In this document: in pieces, positions 48,020 to 58,550 of the stretch
Layout of the letters: every line of letters begins with the position of its first letter
Position numbering within the stretch: the first letter of the stretch is position 1
Origin: Marivita sp.
GTDB lineage: Bacteria; Pseudomonadota; Alphaproteobacteria; Rhodobacterales; Rhodobacteraceae
Assembly (NCBI RefSeq): GCF_022763305.1
Contig: NZ_JALEGT010000093.1
Location: 461-64,460, forward strand
DNA length: 64,000 nucleotides
Direction of reading: 5' to 3'
Program-made: the position numbers and the translations under genes
The notes under the pieces: generated by a model
The model's database searches: none
Seen by the model: the letters and a program-made list of their open reading frames with translations, nothing else
What the model was told of the DNA's origin: nothing

Positions 48020-48118
48020 CCTCCCGGGATTTTGCCCCGCCGTGTACTGCCCGGGATTGACCGGACAGCGATATCTCTCGGACCAGACCGTGTGTGCGAC
48101 GCGGAACCCTAGACATCC
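48020..48118 (-). ncRNA. Guanidine-I (ykkC/yxkD) riboswitch
   Basis: Minus strand reads GATGTCTAGGGTTCCG...GGTCTGGTCCGAGAGATATC...TACACGGCGGGGCAAAATCCCGGGAG, matching the CUAGGGUUCCG / CUGGUCCGAGAG / ACACGGCGGGA-AAAAGCCCGGGAG hallmarks, ~80 nt upstream of the SBP start. Confidence 0.93.
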
Positions 48119-48302
48119 TGCACCTTCACCCAAGCGAACTGTCGCTTGCCGGGCAAGTTCGGCCTCGGTCCAGTCTTCACGTTGGACGACGCTGCCCATT
48201 CCCTACGCCGGCACAGCGGCGAATGGTCAAAAAACGGGCACACGGGAAAGTGCCTGCGTCAGAGAAGCTGGGGGATTGCAGGAAGAATCGGGGGCAGAAC
48301 GC

Positions 48303-48905
48303 TCAGATCAGACCAGATTGCCGGGCGCGGGCGACGGCGCCTTTCGTATCAAGCGCGTCGAATTTTCGGCAGAGGGTCTTGACGACGAATGCGACCGTCA
48401 CCTCTTTCAAACCCAACGCCGCAGCGATCTCGGGCACGGATTGCCCCTGATCGAGGCCTGTCAGAACCTGCACTTCGCGCGTCGTCAGATCGGCGACGCG
48501 GGATTGCGGCGCAGGCTCGGCGTCGCTTTCGAGCATGTTGACGACCTGCCCCTCGGCCATGGCACGGATGGCCTGAACATAGCTTTTCGCCGGCAGCTTC
48601 TTGGGCAGAAACCCCGCCGCGCCAAGGCGTAACGCCTCGTCCACGATATGCTGGGCGAGATTGCCGGACATGAGCGCGACCGGCGCTCCCCTGCCCTCGG
48701 TCAGGGCGCGGCGCAGACCGTCGAGCCCGTCCATACCGGGCATGTGGTAATCCAGCAGGATCAGGTCGAACGGCGGATGCTCTGCGACCTGGCGCAGGAC
48801 ACTGTCCAGATCTTCGGCCAATGTCACACCGATCTCTTGACGCGACAGCATCGCGTCGAAGAGTTCGCGCAACATCTCCTGATCATCGGCAATCAATACC
48901 CGCAT
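48303..48905 (-). CDS. Response regulator, REC + LuxR-type HTH
   Basis: VLIADD, LLDYHMPGMDG, GFLPK; LTTREVQVL..L.QG.S..EIA..LGL.E.TV. Confidence 0.9.
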   Translation of the reverse strand: MRVLIADDQEMLRELFDAMLSRQEIGVTLAEDLDSVLRQVAEHPPFDLILLDYHMPGMDGLDGLRRALTEGRGAPVALMSGNLAQHIVDEALRLGAAGFLPKKLPAKSYVQAIRAMAEGQVVNMLESDAEPAPQSRVADLTTREVQVLTGLDQGQSVPEIAAALGLKEVTVAFVVKTLCRKFDALDTKGAVARARQSGLI

Positions 48906-48908
48906 GGT

Positions 48909-51900
48909 TCAGCCAGTCTGTTCCGCTGCGGCCAGCAAGGCCAATTCCGCCTGAAGCACCAGTGATCGTCGGTCAATGGGCTTTGGCAGGACGGCGGAAA
49001 AATGCACACCGGTCCGACCGGCTTCACCGGCAAGGGCGGTCACAAGAAGCATCGGCAATCCGGGCACGAGACGTCGCGCCTCATCGGCCAGTTGCGCACC
49101 GGTCATGTGCGGCATGTCGAAATCCGTGACCACGAGGTCCCAGCTGCCGGGATCATCCCTGAGTGCGTCGATCACGTCCTCGGGATTGGTTGTGGACGCG
49201 ACTTCGGCCCCGGCCGCTTCGAGATAGGCGGTGATCACATCCAGCACTTCGGGATGGTCATCAACCACGATGATCATCCGACCATCGAGACGGCCCGTTG
49301 CGGCATCAGTGGAAACAGGAACCGACGGGAGCGACTGAACGGCGTCCACCGGCCAGAACACGTCGAACCGTGCTCCTTCGCCGGGGGCAGTCGTCAGACG
49401 CAGCGCACCGCCATTGTCCTCGATCACCGACGACACGACGGCCAGTCCCAGACCGGTGCCCAGATCACCTTTCGTGGTGAAGTAGGGCATGAGAATCTGC
49501 GAGGCGACGTCCTCGGACATGCCCGGCCCTGTGTCTTCGACGGTCAGGCAGGCGTATCGCCGCGCCGGATCAACGCGCCCGACAGACATCGGCCCCATGT
49601 CTCCAACCTGCTGCGGCGCGGCCAGTCGGATCGTGACCGTTCCCGGCGCACCGGCAAGCGCATCGCGCGCATTGATCGCGAGATTGAGCAAAAGCTGCAG
49701 AACATCGGTCGGGTCGGCCAAGGCCTCGACCGCGGTTTCGGGCAGGGTCAGGGACAGGCGGGTCGGCGCGCGCAGGCTGGACCGCACAAGCTCGGCCGCC
49801 TCCTTGACCGGCTGCCGCAGGTCGAGATTGACACGGGCCGACTTTCGCGCTCCGAGCGTGAGCAGACGTTTCACCAATCCGGCCGCCTGATCCGACGCCG
49901 CCAGAATGCGGGACGCGCCCGAGGCGGTCGATGCGTCCTTGTCGGCGGTTTCCATGATCAGCGACGCCCCGCCGGAAATGATCGCCAGCAGATTGTTGAA
50001 ATCATGGGCAAGCCCCGCCGCCATCTGGCCGATCATCTCGCGGCGTTGTGCCAGTTGCAGTTCATTGAGAAGGCGTTCGCGTTCGGCCCGTTCGCGGCGG
50101 CGGACGGAGATGTCGCGCGTGATGCAGAGCAGGCCACCATCAGCGTTCACCGTGAGAGAGACATCCTGTTCGACGGGGCTGCCGTCGCGCGCAAGGCCGA
50201 CTGTCTCGCCTGACCAGCCGCCATCCCGCATCAACGCCGGGAAGACGTGCTTTTCGATCCATGCAACCTCTTCGGGCCCATAGAGCATGGCATAGGACTG
50301 GCCAAGAACCTCCTCTTCACGCGTGTATCCGAACATCTCCAGATGCGCTCGGTTCATATAGACAAAGCGCCCTTCGGCGTCGGTGATGGCGATCCCGTCA
50401 AGGCTTGCTTCCATCGCAGCGGCCCGATCGGCCAAGGCGCGTTGCTCGGCAAGCTTGAGGTCCGTGATGTCGACGCGCAATTCAACACGGCCGCCTGCGG
50501 GCATGGCCTTTTCGAAAACGCGCAGCCACGTCCCGTCGGGCAGCATCTCTTCGAATTCCCGGTCCGGCTCGGAATGCTGCGCCAGTCTTTCGGCCAGCCA
50601 CTCTTCCTCGCGGCCAATCGCTTCGGGATACTGGCCCACCTGCACGCCGTAGCGCATGATGCTTTCGAACTCGGCACCGATGACGATGGCCGGTTCGGAC
50701 AGGGCATGGATTTGGCGGAACCGGCTGTTGCAGATCACCAGCCGATCCTCTGCATCATACAGCACGAAACCATCCTGCAGCGCCTCGACGGCCTGCTCGA
50801 GATTGGCGCGCGCCAGGGCCGCCTCACCGGCCGCGCGACGCAGCGATTCCGCCTGTGCGCGTTGTTCGGTGATGTCGACCTCGACGGCAAGAAAGCCCGC
50901 AAGACCACCTTCGTCATTGTGCATCGGCTGGATGTCGATCGAGAGCCAGTATTCGATGCCGTTACGTGCCTTGTTCAGCAATTCGACCTGCACCGCCTGA
51001 CCGCGGTCAAGCGCGTCGCGCATCTTGCCCACGGTTTCGGGATCCGTCTTGTCGGACTGGAGAAGCTTGCCCGGGTTCTGCCCCCTGACCTCGTCAAGCG
51101 TCCAGCCGGTTGTCTGCTCGAACGCGTCGTTGACCCATTCGATACGACGTTTTGCATCCGTGATGACGACGAGGTTGGTGGTGCGGCGGGCAATTTCCGA
51201 CAGCCGTTCAAGTTCCGTCGCTTTCTTGCGTGCCTCCGAGATGTCCCGCAGCGCGATCAGATAGCCCTGATCGCCGATCGCAGACCCCGTCAACTGCCAC
51301 CATCCGGACAAAGGCGGCAGGAGTGTCATCTCGAAGGTGTGTCGGACGACCGGTGCTCCGGCGTCCAGTTCGGCCATCTTGGCACGCAACGTCCGCACCA
51401 TCTCGGGGTTGAGCTTTTCTTCGGGCAGGCGGTTGAAGAAGGCATCAAAAACCGCATCGGGGATTTCGATCGTGCCCGAGTGCCAGGACGTAAACCGTCC
51501 TTCCCGGTCCAACTCGACGATGAGATCCGGCATTGCGGACAAGACCGCCTCGAGCCGGGTGCGCTGCGACAGGGTCTCGGCATGGGCGGACACCAGCCGC
51601 TCTTCGGCGTCGCGACGTGCCAGAACCGACATGATGACCTTGGCCACCGAGCGGATCAGATACACCTCGCCGGGCAGGAAATTGCGCAACTCGCGGACCG
51701 CGTCAAAACCCACGAACCCGCGAAACGCCCCGTTTTCCATCATCGGCACGGTCAGGAGCGATTGGATGTCCTGCTCCAGCAGCCCGTCCTTGTCCGGCGC
51801 ATCATCCGGCAAGGCCGCGACATCCGGGATCAGGACGTCTTCACCCGACGCGAATTGCGTGCGCCAATGGTCAATCGTCTCGGCGGGCATGCCCTGTAGA

Positions 51901-52871
51901 AGGTCGCGGACAGGGGTGATGCCCGGCGCGCACCATTCGTGCGTGTTGTCGATAAAGGCGCCGTCCGAGCGAAGACGGAACACATAGACGCGGTCCATAC
52001 CGGTCACTTCGCCCATACGCGCCAGGGCGGTGTCGATCGCAGCATCGGTGTCCTGCAGCGACGCGCTCAGCAAGGCATCCAGAATGCCGATGACGTGCCC
52101 CTGCATTTCGGTCAGGCGCGCAAAGGCATTCTGCACCGTTTCAAGCGGCGCATCCAGAACCGCGTCGGACCGTTCCAGCGGCTTGCCTTCGACAAGCGCC
52201 AGCAGCAAGGCATTGCGACGTGCTTCGCGCAGCGCCAGCAACGCCTGCGTTGCCAGTCGGGAGACATGTTCAAGGCTGCGCAGATCGCCCGCAGTATATC
52301 GCTTGGCCAGCTTGCAGCCGATGAAAAAGGCGCCGGCGGTCTCGTCCGGCATTTCAAGCGGCACGATCATGCCGGACGCGGGCACATTGCTCCCGCCCGG
52401 CCAAGGCAGACCCTCGATCAGACCCGTCAATTTCGCAATGCGTCTTGGCCGCGTGATCAAGGCCGCCGGAAGCGGCAATCGCTGACCCTGATGCGTCTTG
52501 TCGGCGCAGACCGACACTACCGTATGATCCCCTTCGGCCTGAACGAAAAAGCAGTCGCGTCCGCCGATTTCGCGCTTGAGCACGTCAAGCAGGGCCTGCA
52601 TGGCTTCATCGGCGCCGGATTTGCCGGTCAACGCCTTCAACGCTTCGGACAGGATCAACCGCTCCTTGAGCGCCTTGGCTTCACGGAGACGGATCGTTTC
52701 GGTGTCTGCAAGCGCCGCGCGCACGGCCTCCGTTTCGGCAAGAAGCCGACGGTTTATCTCCTGGATTTCACGGTTTTTCGCTTCGAGTTGCGCCTCGGCA
52801 TCCAGCCGCGCCTGTTTTTCACGCTCATACAGGCTCCGTGAGATCATCAGGTCTCGAGTATCGCCATTCAT
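48909..52871 (-). CDS. Soluble hybrid histidine kinase (GAF, several PAS, HisKA, HATPase, REC)
   Basis: DRVYVF..NTHEWCAPG GAF; PAS repeats (WVNDAFEQTTGW, LVICNSRF, YMNRAH); LAHDFNNLL H-box; NLAINARDA, DTGPGM, FTTK..GTGLGL; C-terminal VTDFDMP receiver. No obvious TM helix. Confidence 0.92.
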   Translation of the reverse strand: MNGDTRDLMISRSLYEREKQARLDAEAQLEAKNREIQEINRRLLAETEAVRAALADTETIRLREAKALKERLILSEALKALTGKSGADEAMQALLDVLKREIGGRDCFFVQAEGDHTVVSVCADKTHQGQRLPLPAALITRPRRIAKLTGLIEGLPWPGGSNVPASGMIVPLEMPDETAGAFFIGCKLAKRYTAGDLRSLEHVSRLATQALLALREARRNALLLALVEGKPLERSDAVLDAPLETVQNAFARLTEMQGHVIGILDALLSASLQDTDAAIDTALARMGEVTGMDRVYVFRLRSDGAFIDNTHEWCAPGITPVRDLLQGMPAETIDHWRTQFASGEDVLIPDVAALPDDAPDKDGLLEQDIQSLLTVPMMENGAFRGFVGFDAVRELRNFLPGEVYLIRSVAKVIMSVLARRDAEERLVSAHAETLSQRTRLEAVLSAMPDLIVELDREGRFTSWHSGTIEIPDAVFDAFFNRLPEEKLNPEMVRTLRAKMAELDAGAPVVRHTFEMTLLPPLSGWWQLTGSAIGDQGYLIALRDISEARKKATELERLSEIARRTTNLVVITDAKRRIEWVNDAFEQTTGWTLDEVRGQNPGKLLQSDKTDPETVGKMRDALDRGQAVQVELLNKARNGIEYWLSIDIQPMHNDEGGLAGFLAVEVDITEQRAQAESLRRAAGEAALARANLEQAVEALQDGFVLYDAEDRLVICNSRFRQIHALSEPAIVIGAEFESIMRYGVQVGQYPEAIGREEEWLAERLAQHSEPDREFEEMLPDGTWLRVFEKAMPAGGRVELRVDITDLKLAEQRALADRAAAMEASLDGIAITDAEGRFVYMNRAHLEMFGYTREEEVLGQSYAMLYGPEEVAWIEKHVFPALMRDGGWSGETVGLARDGSPVEQDVSLTVNADGGLLCITRDISVRRRERAERERLLNELQLAQRREMIGQMAAGLAHDFNNLLAIISGGASLIMETADKDASTASGASRILAASDQAAGLVKRLLTLGARKSARVNLDLRQPVKEAAELVRSSLRAPTRLSLTLPETAVEALADPTDVLQLLLNLAINARDALAGAPGTVTIRLAAPQQVGDMGPMSVGRVDPARRYACLTVEDTGPGMSEDVASQILMPYFTTKGDLGTGLGLAVVSSVIEDNGGALRLTTAPGEGARFDVFWPVDAVQSLPSVPVSTDAATGRLDGRMIIVVDDHPEVLDVITAYLEAAGAEVASTTNPEDVIDALRDDPGSWDLVVTDFDMPHMTGAQLADEARRLVPGLPMLLVTALAGEAGRTGVHFSAVLPKPIDRRSLVLQAELALLAAAEQTG

Positions 52872-53021
52872 TCGTCGGGTCCACTTGCCACCACTTCCAG
52901 TACATTCTCAAACAATTGCCCCACGATACTCGAACCACCCGAACCGGCCGCACCTGCGATACGATTCGAATGTCACTTTCGGGAAACCCACCCGCTCACT
53001 GTGGGCCCCAAACTTAGCCTA

Positions 53022-54212
53022 TCACACCTCGTCCGCACTGAACATCGTGCACGAGATCATCAGATTTCCATGTTTCGGACCGTCGCCATCCGGCACACCC
53101 TGCTCTCCGAAACTGAAGAGCCCAAGCCAGGGGAGATTCCCAAGCTCGGCCTGAATGCCCGCGGACACTTCGTCCATGCGGTCACGTACCGCCAGCATGC
53201 AGCCACCGCAATAGACAACGAGCGCGCCTGCGACAGCACCACCCACATCCGTCTTGGCCCGCGCCGCGACACGGCCCGCCCGTGCAACCAGACTGTCCGC
53301 CGTTCCCTGCATCTGCCAAAGCTGATCGCCTTCCGCGACGGCTGCAAACAGATCGACCGCACCATCGGGATGGGCGATGGCGGGATGCGCCAGGAGATGA
53401 AACGGAACGCCCGCCACTTGCCGGGTGACACGGCCCAGCGGCCAAAGCGTGGCCTCGGCAAGAATGGATCGCGGCCCATCTCCGGCCATGGCAATCGCCC
53501 CGGAACTCCATTCGTTGAGCACCTCGACCGCCTTGCGATCGTCAATCTCGTAAACACGCCGCCCCGAGACCCGCGTGACCACGCCGTTCGCGCCTGTCGG
53601 GGCATAGCCGCTCTGATACGACGACGCGACCTGGCGTGACGGGAACAGCACCGTCACCACAAGCCCATCCCCATGCACCGCCTCCGTGCTGAATTGAGAC
53701 CAGCGCCCCGACACATCATTGTCCGCAGAACTGCCACCAACGATCAGCGTTTCAGACCCGACGGCATCCCGCAAACCGGCCAGCACGTCTTCCTCGCGCC
53801 CGGGCGCCACGGTGAGCCAGACCAGTTCGGGGATTTCCCCGGGTCGGCCAGCCCGCTCCAACGCGATCATCACGGCATCATGAGCAGCGGTTCGGGCATC
53901 CTCACCCAGATCGGCAGAACAGGTGCCATAGCTGCCCGCCGAATCCCAAATCGCAAAGGCCCCCAGACCGTTACCCGTAATATCGACACCCGACGGTCCC
54001 ATCACCCCGAGACAGGATGAGCCGCCATGCAGGGCATGTGCCCCCAGAACCGAGATTGCCTCGCGGTGCACCTGTGCGACATCGCGCTCCACGCCGAAAT
54101 GCAGCGCCACGAAATGTGGCGCACCGCGACGGTCGATCTCGAGCTGTGACGCAATTTCAGCGATTGCCTCTGCGATATCCGGAGAGGTTCCCTGTGCTGC
54201 CGATATTTCCAT
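53022..54212 (-). CDS. FIST-domain sensor protein (NosP-like)
   Basis: LHGGSSCLGVM, PGREE, VGGSSADND, EIDDRKA, YCGGC, FSFGEQG...HGNLMIS. Start probably ATG 54212. Confidence 0.85.
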   Translation of the reverse strand: MEISAAQGTSPDIAEAIAEIASQLEIDRRGAPHFVALHFGVERDVAQVHREAISVLGAHALHGGSSCLGVMGPSGVDITGNGLGAFAIWDSAGSYGTCSADLGEDARTAAHDAVMIALERAGRPGEIPELVWLTVAPGREEDVLAGLRDAVGSETLIVGGSSADNDVSGRWSQFSTEAVHGDGLVVTVLFPSRQVASSYQSGYAPTGANGVVTRVSGRRVYEIDDRKAVEVLNEWSSGAIAMAGDGPRSILAEATLWPLGRVTRQVAGVPFHLLAHPAIAHPDGAVDLFAAVAEGDQLWQMQGTADSLVARAGRVAARAKTDVGGAVAGALVVYCGGCMLAVRDRMDEVSAGIQAELGNLPWLGLFSFGEQGVPDGDGPKHGNLMISCTMFSADEV

Positions 54213-54354
54213 TGTCCAGTCCTTTGACGTGGACGTTAACCGGAAGTCTGCTTGGTCTGCCACCGAAATACTGCGCCGACCAAATGTAAGCCCCGATCAC
54301 GGGCGCATTTTGTGCCAGCCGCGCGACAAAAGGAACGGCTGGCGGTGATCAGGA

Positions 54355-55353
54355 TCAGATGCGGGGCCCGGATGCATCAAACGTCATCTCGTGTTCGGAA
54401 CTCCAGCCCAGACCGACCTCTGCCCCCTCTTGCGGGAAGGGCGCGGCGGCATCCTGGCGGACGGTGACTTGCGTGCCGTCGGCGCAGGTGAGGTGGACCA
54501 GCGTTTCCGCGCCCAGCGCCTCGCAATAGGTGGTGCGGGCGCGCAGGGGGCCGGTGTCGAAGAGGCGCATGTGTTCGGGGCGCACGCCCAGTTTGATGCC
54601 CGACGCGCGGCCTAGCAGCGCACCGGAGAGGAAATTCGTCGGCGGTGATCCGATGAAGCCCGCGACGAATTCGGTGGCCGGGTTGGCATAGACCTCGAGC
54701 GGCTTGCCGATCTGGTCGGCCACCCCACCATTCATCACGATCATGCGGTCGGCCATCGTCATCGCCTCGACCTGATCATGGGTCACGTAGAGCGATGTCA
54801 CGCCGAGTTCGCGCTGCAGGGCGCGGATCTCGAGCCGCATCTGCACGCGCAGTTTCGCGTCGAGGTTCGAGAGCGGCTCGTCAAAGAGGAACACCGCCGG
54901 TTTGCGCACGATGGCACGGCCCATGGCAACGCGCTGGCGCTGGCCGCCGGACAGCTCGCGCGGTTTGCGGGTCAGGTAGGGTTCAAGCTGCAGCAGCTTG
55001 GCAGCCTGTGCCACGCGGGTTTCGATCTCGGACCGGGGCACCTTGGCGATCTTGAGCCCGTAGGCCATGTTGTCGAAGACCGACATATGCGGGTAAAGCG
55101 CGTAGTTCTGGAACACCATGGCGATGTCGCGCGCCATCGGTTCCTCTTCGTTGACGCGTCGCCCGCCGATCTGGACCTCGCCATCGGTGATGGTTTCAAG
55201 CCCCGCCACCATGCGCAGCAAGGTGGATTTGCCGCAGCCGGACGGGCCGACGATGACGATGAATTCGCCGTCTTCGATGTCGATGGACACACCATGGATG
55301 ACATCGGTCTTGCCGAAGGATTTCTTGACGTTGTTGAGGGTCAGCGTTGCCAT
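54355..55353 (-). CDS. ugpC: sn-glycerol-3-phosphate ABC ATP-binding protein
   Basis: [54 protein letters not shown]. Confidence 0.9.
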   Translation of the reverse strand: MATLTLNNVKKSFGKTDVIHGVSIDIEDGEFIVIVGPSGCGKSTLLRMVAGLETITDGEVQIGGRRVNEEEPMARDIAMVFQNYALYPHMSVFDNMAYGLKIAKVPRSEIETRVAQAAKLLQLEPYLTRKPRELSGGQRQRVAMGRAIVRKPAVFLFDEPLSNLDAKLRVQMRLEIRALQRELGVTSLYVTHDQVEAMTMADRMIVMNGGVADQIGKPLEVYANPATEFVAGFIGSPPTNFLSGALLGRASGIKLGVRPEHMRLFDTGPLRARTTYCEALGAETLVHLTCADGTQVTVRQDAAAPFPQEGAEVGLGWSSEHEMTFDASGPRI

Positions 55354-55357
55354 GTTC

Positions 55358-56212
55358 TTATTTCTCGCTTTCCACAAGCCCGCGAATGAAAAGTTTCTGC
55401 ATGCCCACGACCACCAGCACCGGCGGCACCATTGCAAGGATCGAGGTCGCCATGATCACCGGCCAGTCGGCAATGTCGTCCCCCGAGGGGAACATCTGCT
55501 TGATGCCCATGACGATGGTGTTCATCGACGGATCGGTGGTGATCAGCAGCGGCCAGAGATACTGGTTCCAGCCGTAGATAAACAGGATGACGAAGAGTGC
55601 GGCGATATTGGTGCGGCTCATCGGGAGCAGGATGTCGAAGAAGAACCGCATTGGCCCTGCCCCGTCGACCCGCGCCGCCTCGGCCAGCTCGTCCGGCACG
55701 GTCATGAAGAACTGACGGAACAGAAACGTCGCGGTTGCAGACGCGATCAGTGGCAGGATCAGGCCCTGATAGCTGTTGAGCATCCCGAAATTCGCGATCA
55801 CCTCGTAGGTCGGCACGATGCGCACTTCGACGGGCAGCATGAGGGTGAGGAAGATCAGCCAGAAGAACAGCTTTTTCCCCGGAAACTTGAAGTAGACGAT
55901 CGCAAAGGCCGAGAGCAGCGAGATCGCGATCTTGCCGATGGCGATGCCGAGGGCCATGAAGAGAGAGTTGCCCAGCATCAAGGCCACCGGCGCATTGATG
56001 CCGGCGGTCAAAGCCTTGGAGTAATTCTCGAAGAACTGGTCCCCCGGCAGAAGCGGCATCGGGGGACGCACGATTTCGGGCTGACTCACCGTCGAGGCGA
56101 CAAAAGCCAGCCAGATCGGGAAGAAGATGAAGGCGACGCCGATGATCAGACCCAGATGGGTCAACCACAGCCCGGCGCCACGCTTTTCGACCATGCCAGA
56201 GTGTTCGGCCAT
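55358..56212 (-). CDS. ugpE: sn-glycerol-3-phosphate ABC permease
   Basis: [44 protein letters not shown]. Confidence 0.9.
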   Translation of the reverse strand: MAEHSGMVEKRGAGLWLTHLGLIIGVAFIFFPIWLAFVASTVSQPEIVRPPMPLLPGDQFFENYSKALTAGINAPVALMLGNSLFMALGIAIGKIAISLLSAFAIVYFKFPGKKLFFWLIFLTLMLPVEVRIVPTYEVIANFGMLNSYQGLILPLIASATATFLFRQFFMTVPDELAEAARVDGAGPMRFFFDILLPMSRTNIAALFVILFIYGWNQYLWPLLITTDPSMNTIVMGIKQMFPSGDDIADWPVIMATSILAMVPPVLVVVGMQKLFIRGLVESEK

Positions 56213-57093
56213 CAGTAATGCACCCTGCGTTCGATGTATTTGAACTGGATCACGGTCAGCAGCGACACGATGATCAGAAGGATCACGGATTGCGCCGCCG
56301 AGGACCCGAGGTCCTGACCCACGAAGCCGTCGGAATAGACCTTGTAGACAAGGATCGTGGTCGCCTGCTGCGGTCCGCCGCTCGTGATGGTGTGGATCAC
56401 GCCGAAGGTTTCGAAGAAGGCGTAGATGATGTTGACCACCAGCAGGAAGAACGTCGTCGGCGACAAGAGCGGCCAGACGATCGTGCGGAACCGGGTCCAG
56501 AAATGCGCGCCGTCGATGGCGGCGGCTTCGATCACCGAGCGCGGGATCGCCTGCAGGCCCGCGAGGAAGAACAGGAAGTTATAGCTGATCCGGCCCCAGG
56601 CGCTGGCCACGACGACAAGGCCCATCGCCTCGCCTTCGTTCAGAACGTGGTTCCAGTCATAGCCCAGAAGGCCCAGATACCATGTCACCACGCCAACACG
56701 GGTGTTGAACATGAAAAGCCAGAGCACCCCCGCCACGGCAGGCGCCACGGCATAGGGCCAGATGAGAAGCGTGCGGTACGTGCCCGATCCCTTGATCAGC
56801 CGGTCCGCGAGAATGGCAAGATACAGCGCCACGCCCATCGACACGACGGTGACAAGGATCGAGAACACCGCCGTCGTGATGAAGGACGCGCGGTAGAACC
56901 GGTCGGACAGCAGATATTCGAAATTGCCAAGCCCCACCCATTGCATCGACAGCCCGAACGGATCGGGAATGAAGAGCGACTGCCAGATCGCCTGCCCTGC
57001 CGGGTAGAAAAAGAAAATGGCCGTGATCAGGATCTGGGGCAGCACCAGCAAAAGCGGCAGCCAGATGCCTTTGAACGTAACACGCTTTTCCAT
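56212..57093 (-). CDS. ugpA: sn-glycerol-3-phosphate ABC permease
   Basis: [50 protein letters not shown]. Confidence 0.9.
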   Translation of the reverse strand: MEKRVTFKGIWLPLLLVLPQILITAIFFFYPAGQAIWQSLFIPDPFGLSMQWVGLGNFEYLLSDRFYRASFITTAVFSILVTVVSMGVALYLAILADRLIKGSGTYRTLLIWPYAVAPAVAGVLWLFMFNTRVGVVTWYLGLLGYDWNHVLNEGEAMGLVVVASAWGRISYNFLFFLAGLQAIPRSVIEAAAIDGAHFWTRFRTIVWPLLSPTTFFLLVVNIIYAFFETFGVIHTITSGGPQQATTILVYKVYSDGFVGQDLGSSAAQSVILLIIVSLLTVIQFKYIERRVHY

Positions 57094-57099
57094 AGAGCC

Positions 57100-57133
57100 A
57101 AAAACGGCTGCCCCACCTTGACGGGGGCAGCCG
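57100..57133 (-). terminator. Intercistronic terminator-like hairpin between ugpB and ugpA
   Basis: Perfect 10-bp stem CGGCTGCCCC/GGGGCAGCCG followed on the minus strand by TTTTT, 6 nt before the ugpA start. Confidence 0.65.
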
Positions 57134-57148
57134 CTCCCTTAATGCCAG

Positions 57149-58450
57149 TTACCGGGATGCCTGCTCGAAACGACGCAGCAAGGCATTGCCACGCTCAACA
57201 GCGCTGTCGAGCGCCGCCTGCGCGTCCTTGTCACCCGACCACACCGCTTCGAGCTCTTCGTCGATGATGGTGCGGATCTGGTCGAAGGACCCAAGGCGCA
57301 GACCCTTGGAGTTCGCAGTCGGCTCTTTCGCGGTCATCTGGATCACCGCGATATCGGTGCCCGGATTGGCATCGTAGAAGCCCTGCTCACGGGTCAGATC
57401 TCCGGCTGCGTTCGTGATCGGCAGATAGCCGGTGTCCTGGTGCCACTTGGCCTGGATTTCCGGGCTGGACAGGAAATTCATGAAGGCGGCGACGCCTGCA
57501 TATTCCTCGTCGGTCTGGCCTTCCATCACCCAGAGGGATGCGCCACCGATGATCGTGTTCTGCGGCTCGCTGGCGACAGCCGACCAATAGGGCAGCGGAC
57601 GCACTTCGAAATCGAACTGCGCTTCGGACTTTATGCCCGCATACCCGGCCGACGATTCCGTGAAGAGCGCGCATTCCCCGGCGCGGAAGTTCGCACCACC
57701 TTCGTTGCGACGACCGGCATAGATGAACTTGCCGTCCTGCGCCCATTCGCCCATCGCGCTGATATGTGCCACCTGCGCCGGGCTGTTGAACGCCAGCTCC
57801 GTATCCGTGCCGTCAAAGCCGTTCGATTTTGTTGCAAAAGGCACATCGTGATAGGCCGAGAAGTTCTCGAGATGGATCCAGCTCTGCCATGCGGTGGTCA
57901 TCGGGCAGTCGACACCTGCTTCCTTGAGCTGGTCCAGAACCGTGCCGACCTGTTCCCATGTCGACAGGTCTGTGTCGGGGTCGATGCCCGCTTCCTGCAG
58001 CTTGTCGCGGTTGACCCAGAGCACCGGGGTCGACGAGTTGAACGGCAGGGACAGCATGTCGCCTTCGGGCGACGTGTAGTAACCCGAGACCGAGCTGATG
58101 TATTTCGACTGGTCGAACCCGTCGCCCATCACTTCGTAGACCGGCTTGATGGCGCCCTTGGCGGCCATCATCGTCGCGGTGCCCACTTCGAAGACCATCA
58201 GGATGTCGGGCTGTTCGCCTGCCCGGAAGGCCGCGATCCCGGCATTCAGCGTTTCGGAATAGTTGCCCTTGTGTGTCGCAACCACGGTATAGTCGGATTG
58301 CGAGGCGTTGAAGGTCTCGACCTGCTCGGCCACCAACTCGCCAAGGCGACCGGTGAAGGCGTGCCAGAACTCGATTTCGGTCTGGGCAAACGCGGTCTGC
58401 GCGGAGCCAAGAACGGCCGAGGCGGCAAGGATGCTGATTGTGTGTTTCAT
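57149..58450 (-). CDS. ugpB: sn-glycerol-3-phosphate ABC substrate-binding protein
   Basis: Signal peptide; FWHA, FEVGTATMM, PFNSSTP, WQSWIHLEN, IIGGASLWV, WHQDTGYLP. Start ATG 58450. Confidence 0.9.
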   Translation of the reverse strand: MKHTISILAASAVLGSAQTAFAQTEIEFWHAFTGRLGELVAEQVETFNASQSDYTVVATHKGNYSETLNAGIAAFRAGEQPDILMVFEVGTATMMAAKGAIKPVYEVMGDGFDQSKYISSVSGYYTSPEGDMLSLPFNSSTPVLWVNRDKLQEAGIDPDTDLSTWEQVGTVLDQLKEAGVDCPMTTAWQSWIHLENFSAYHDVPFATKSNGFDGTDTELAFNSPAQVAHISAMGEWAQDGKFIYAGRRNEGGANFRAGECALFTESSAGYAGIKSEAQFDFEVRPLPYWSAVASEPQNTIIGGASLWVMEGQTDEEYAGVAAFMNFLSSPEIQAKWHQDTGYLPITNAAGDLTREQGFYDANPGTDIAVIQMTAKEPTANSKGLRLGSFDQIRTIIDEELEAVWSGDKDAQAALDSAVERGNALLRRFEQASR

Positions 58451-58550
58451 GTGGTTTCTCCCTCTTTGACTGAATGACCCGGACGACCAACCGTACGGGC
58501 TTTGCGCTGTCACATCGCGCTTGGTAGAGCGTCCGAGACAAAGTTTTGTG

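Noticed and set aside
46518..48632. 704-aa plus-strand ORF
   Set aside because: Runs antisense across the ABC genes, the riboswitch and the response regulator; no recognisable domain.
50247..51899. 550-aa plus-strand ORF
   Set aside because: Antisense shadow of the hybrid kinase.
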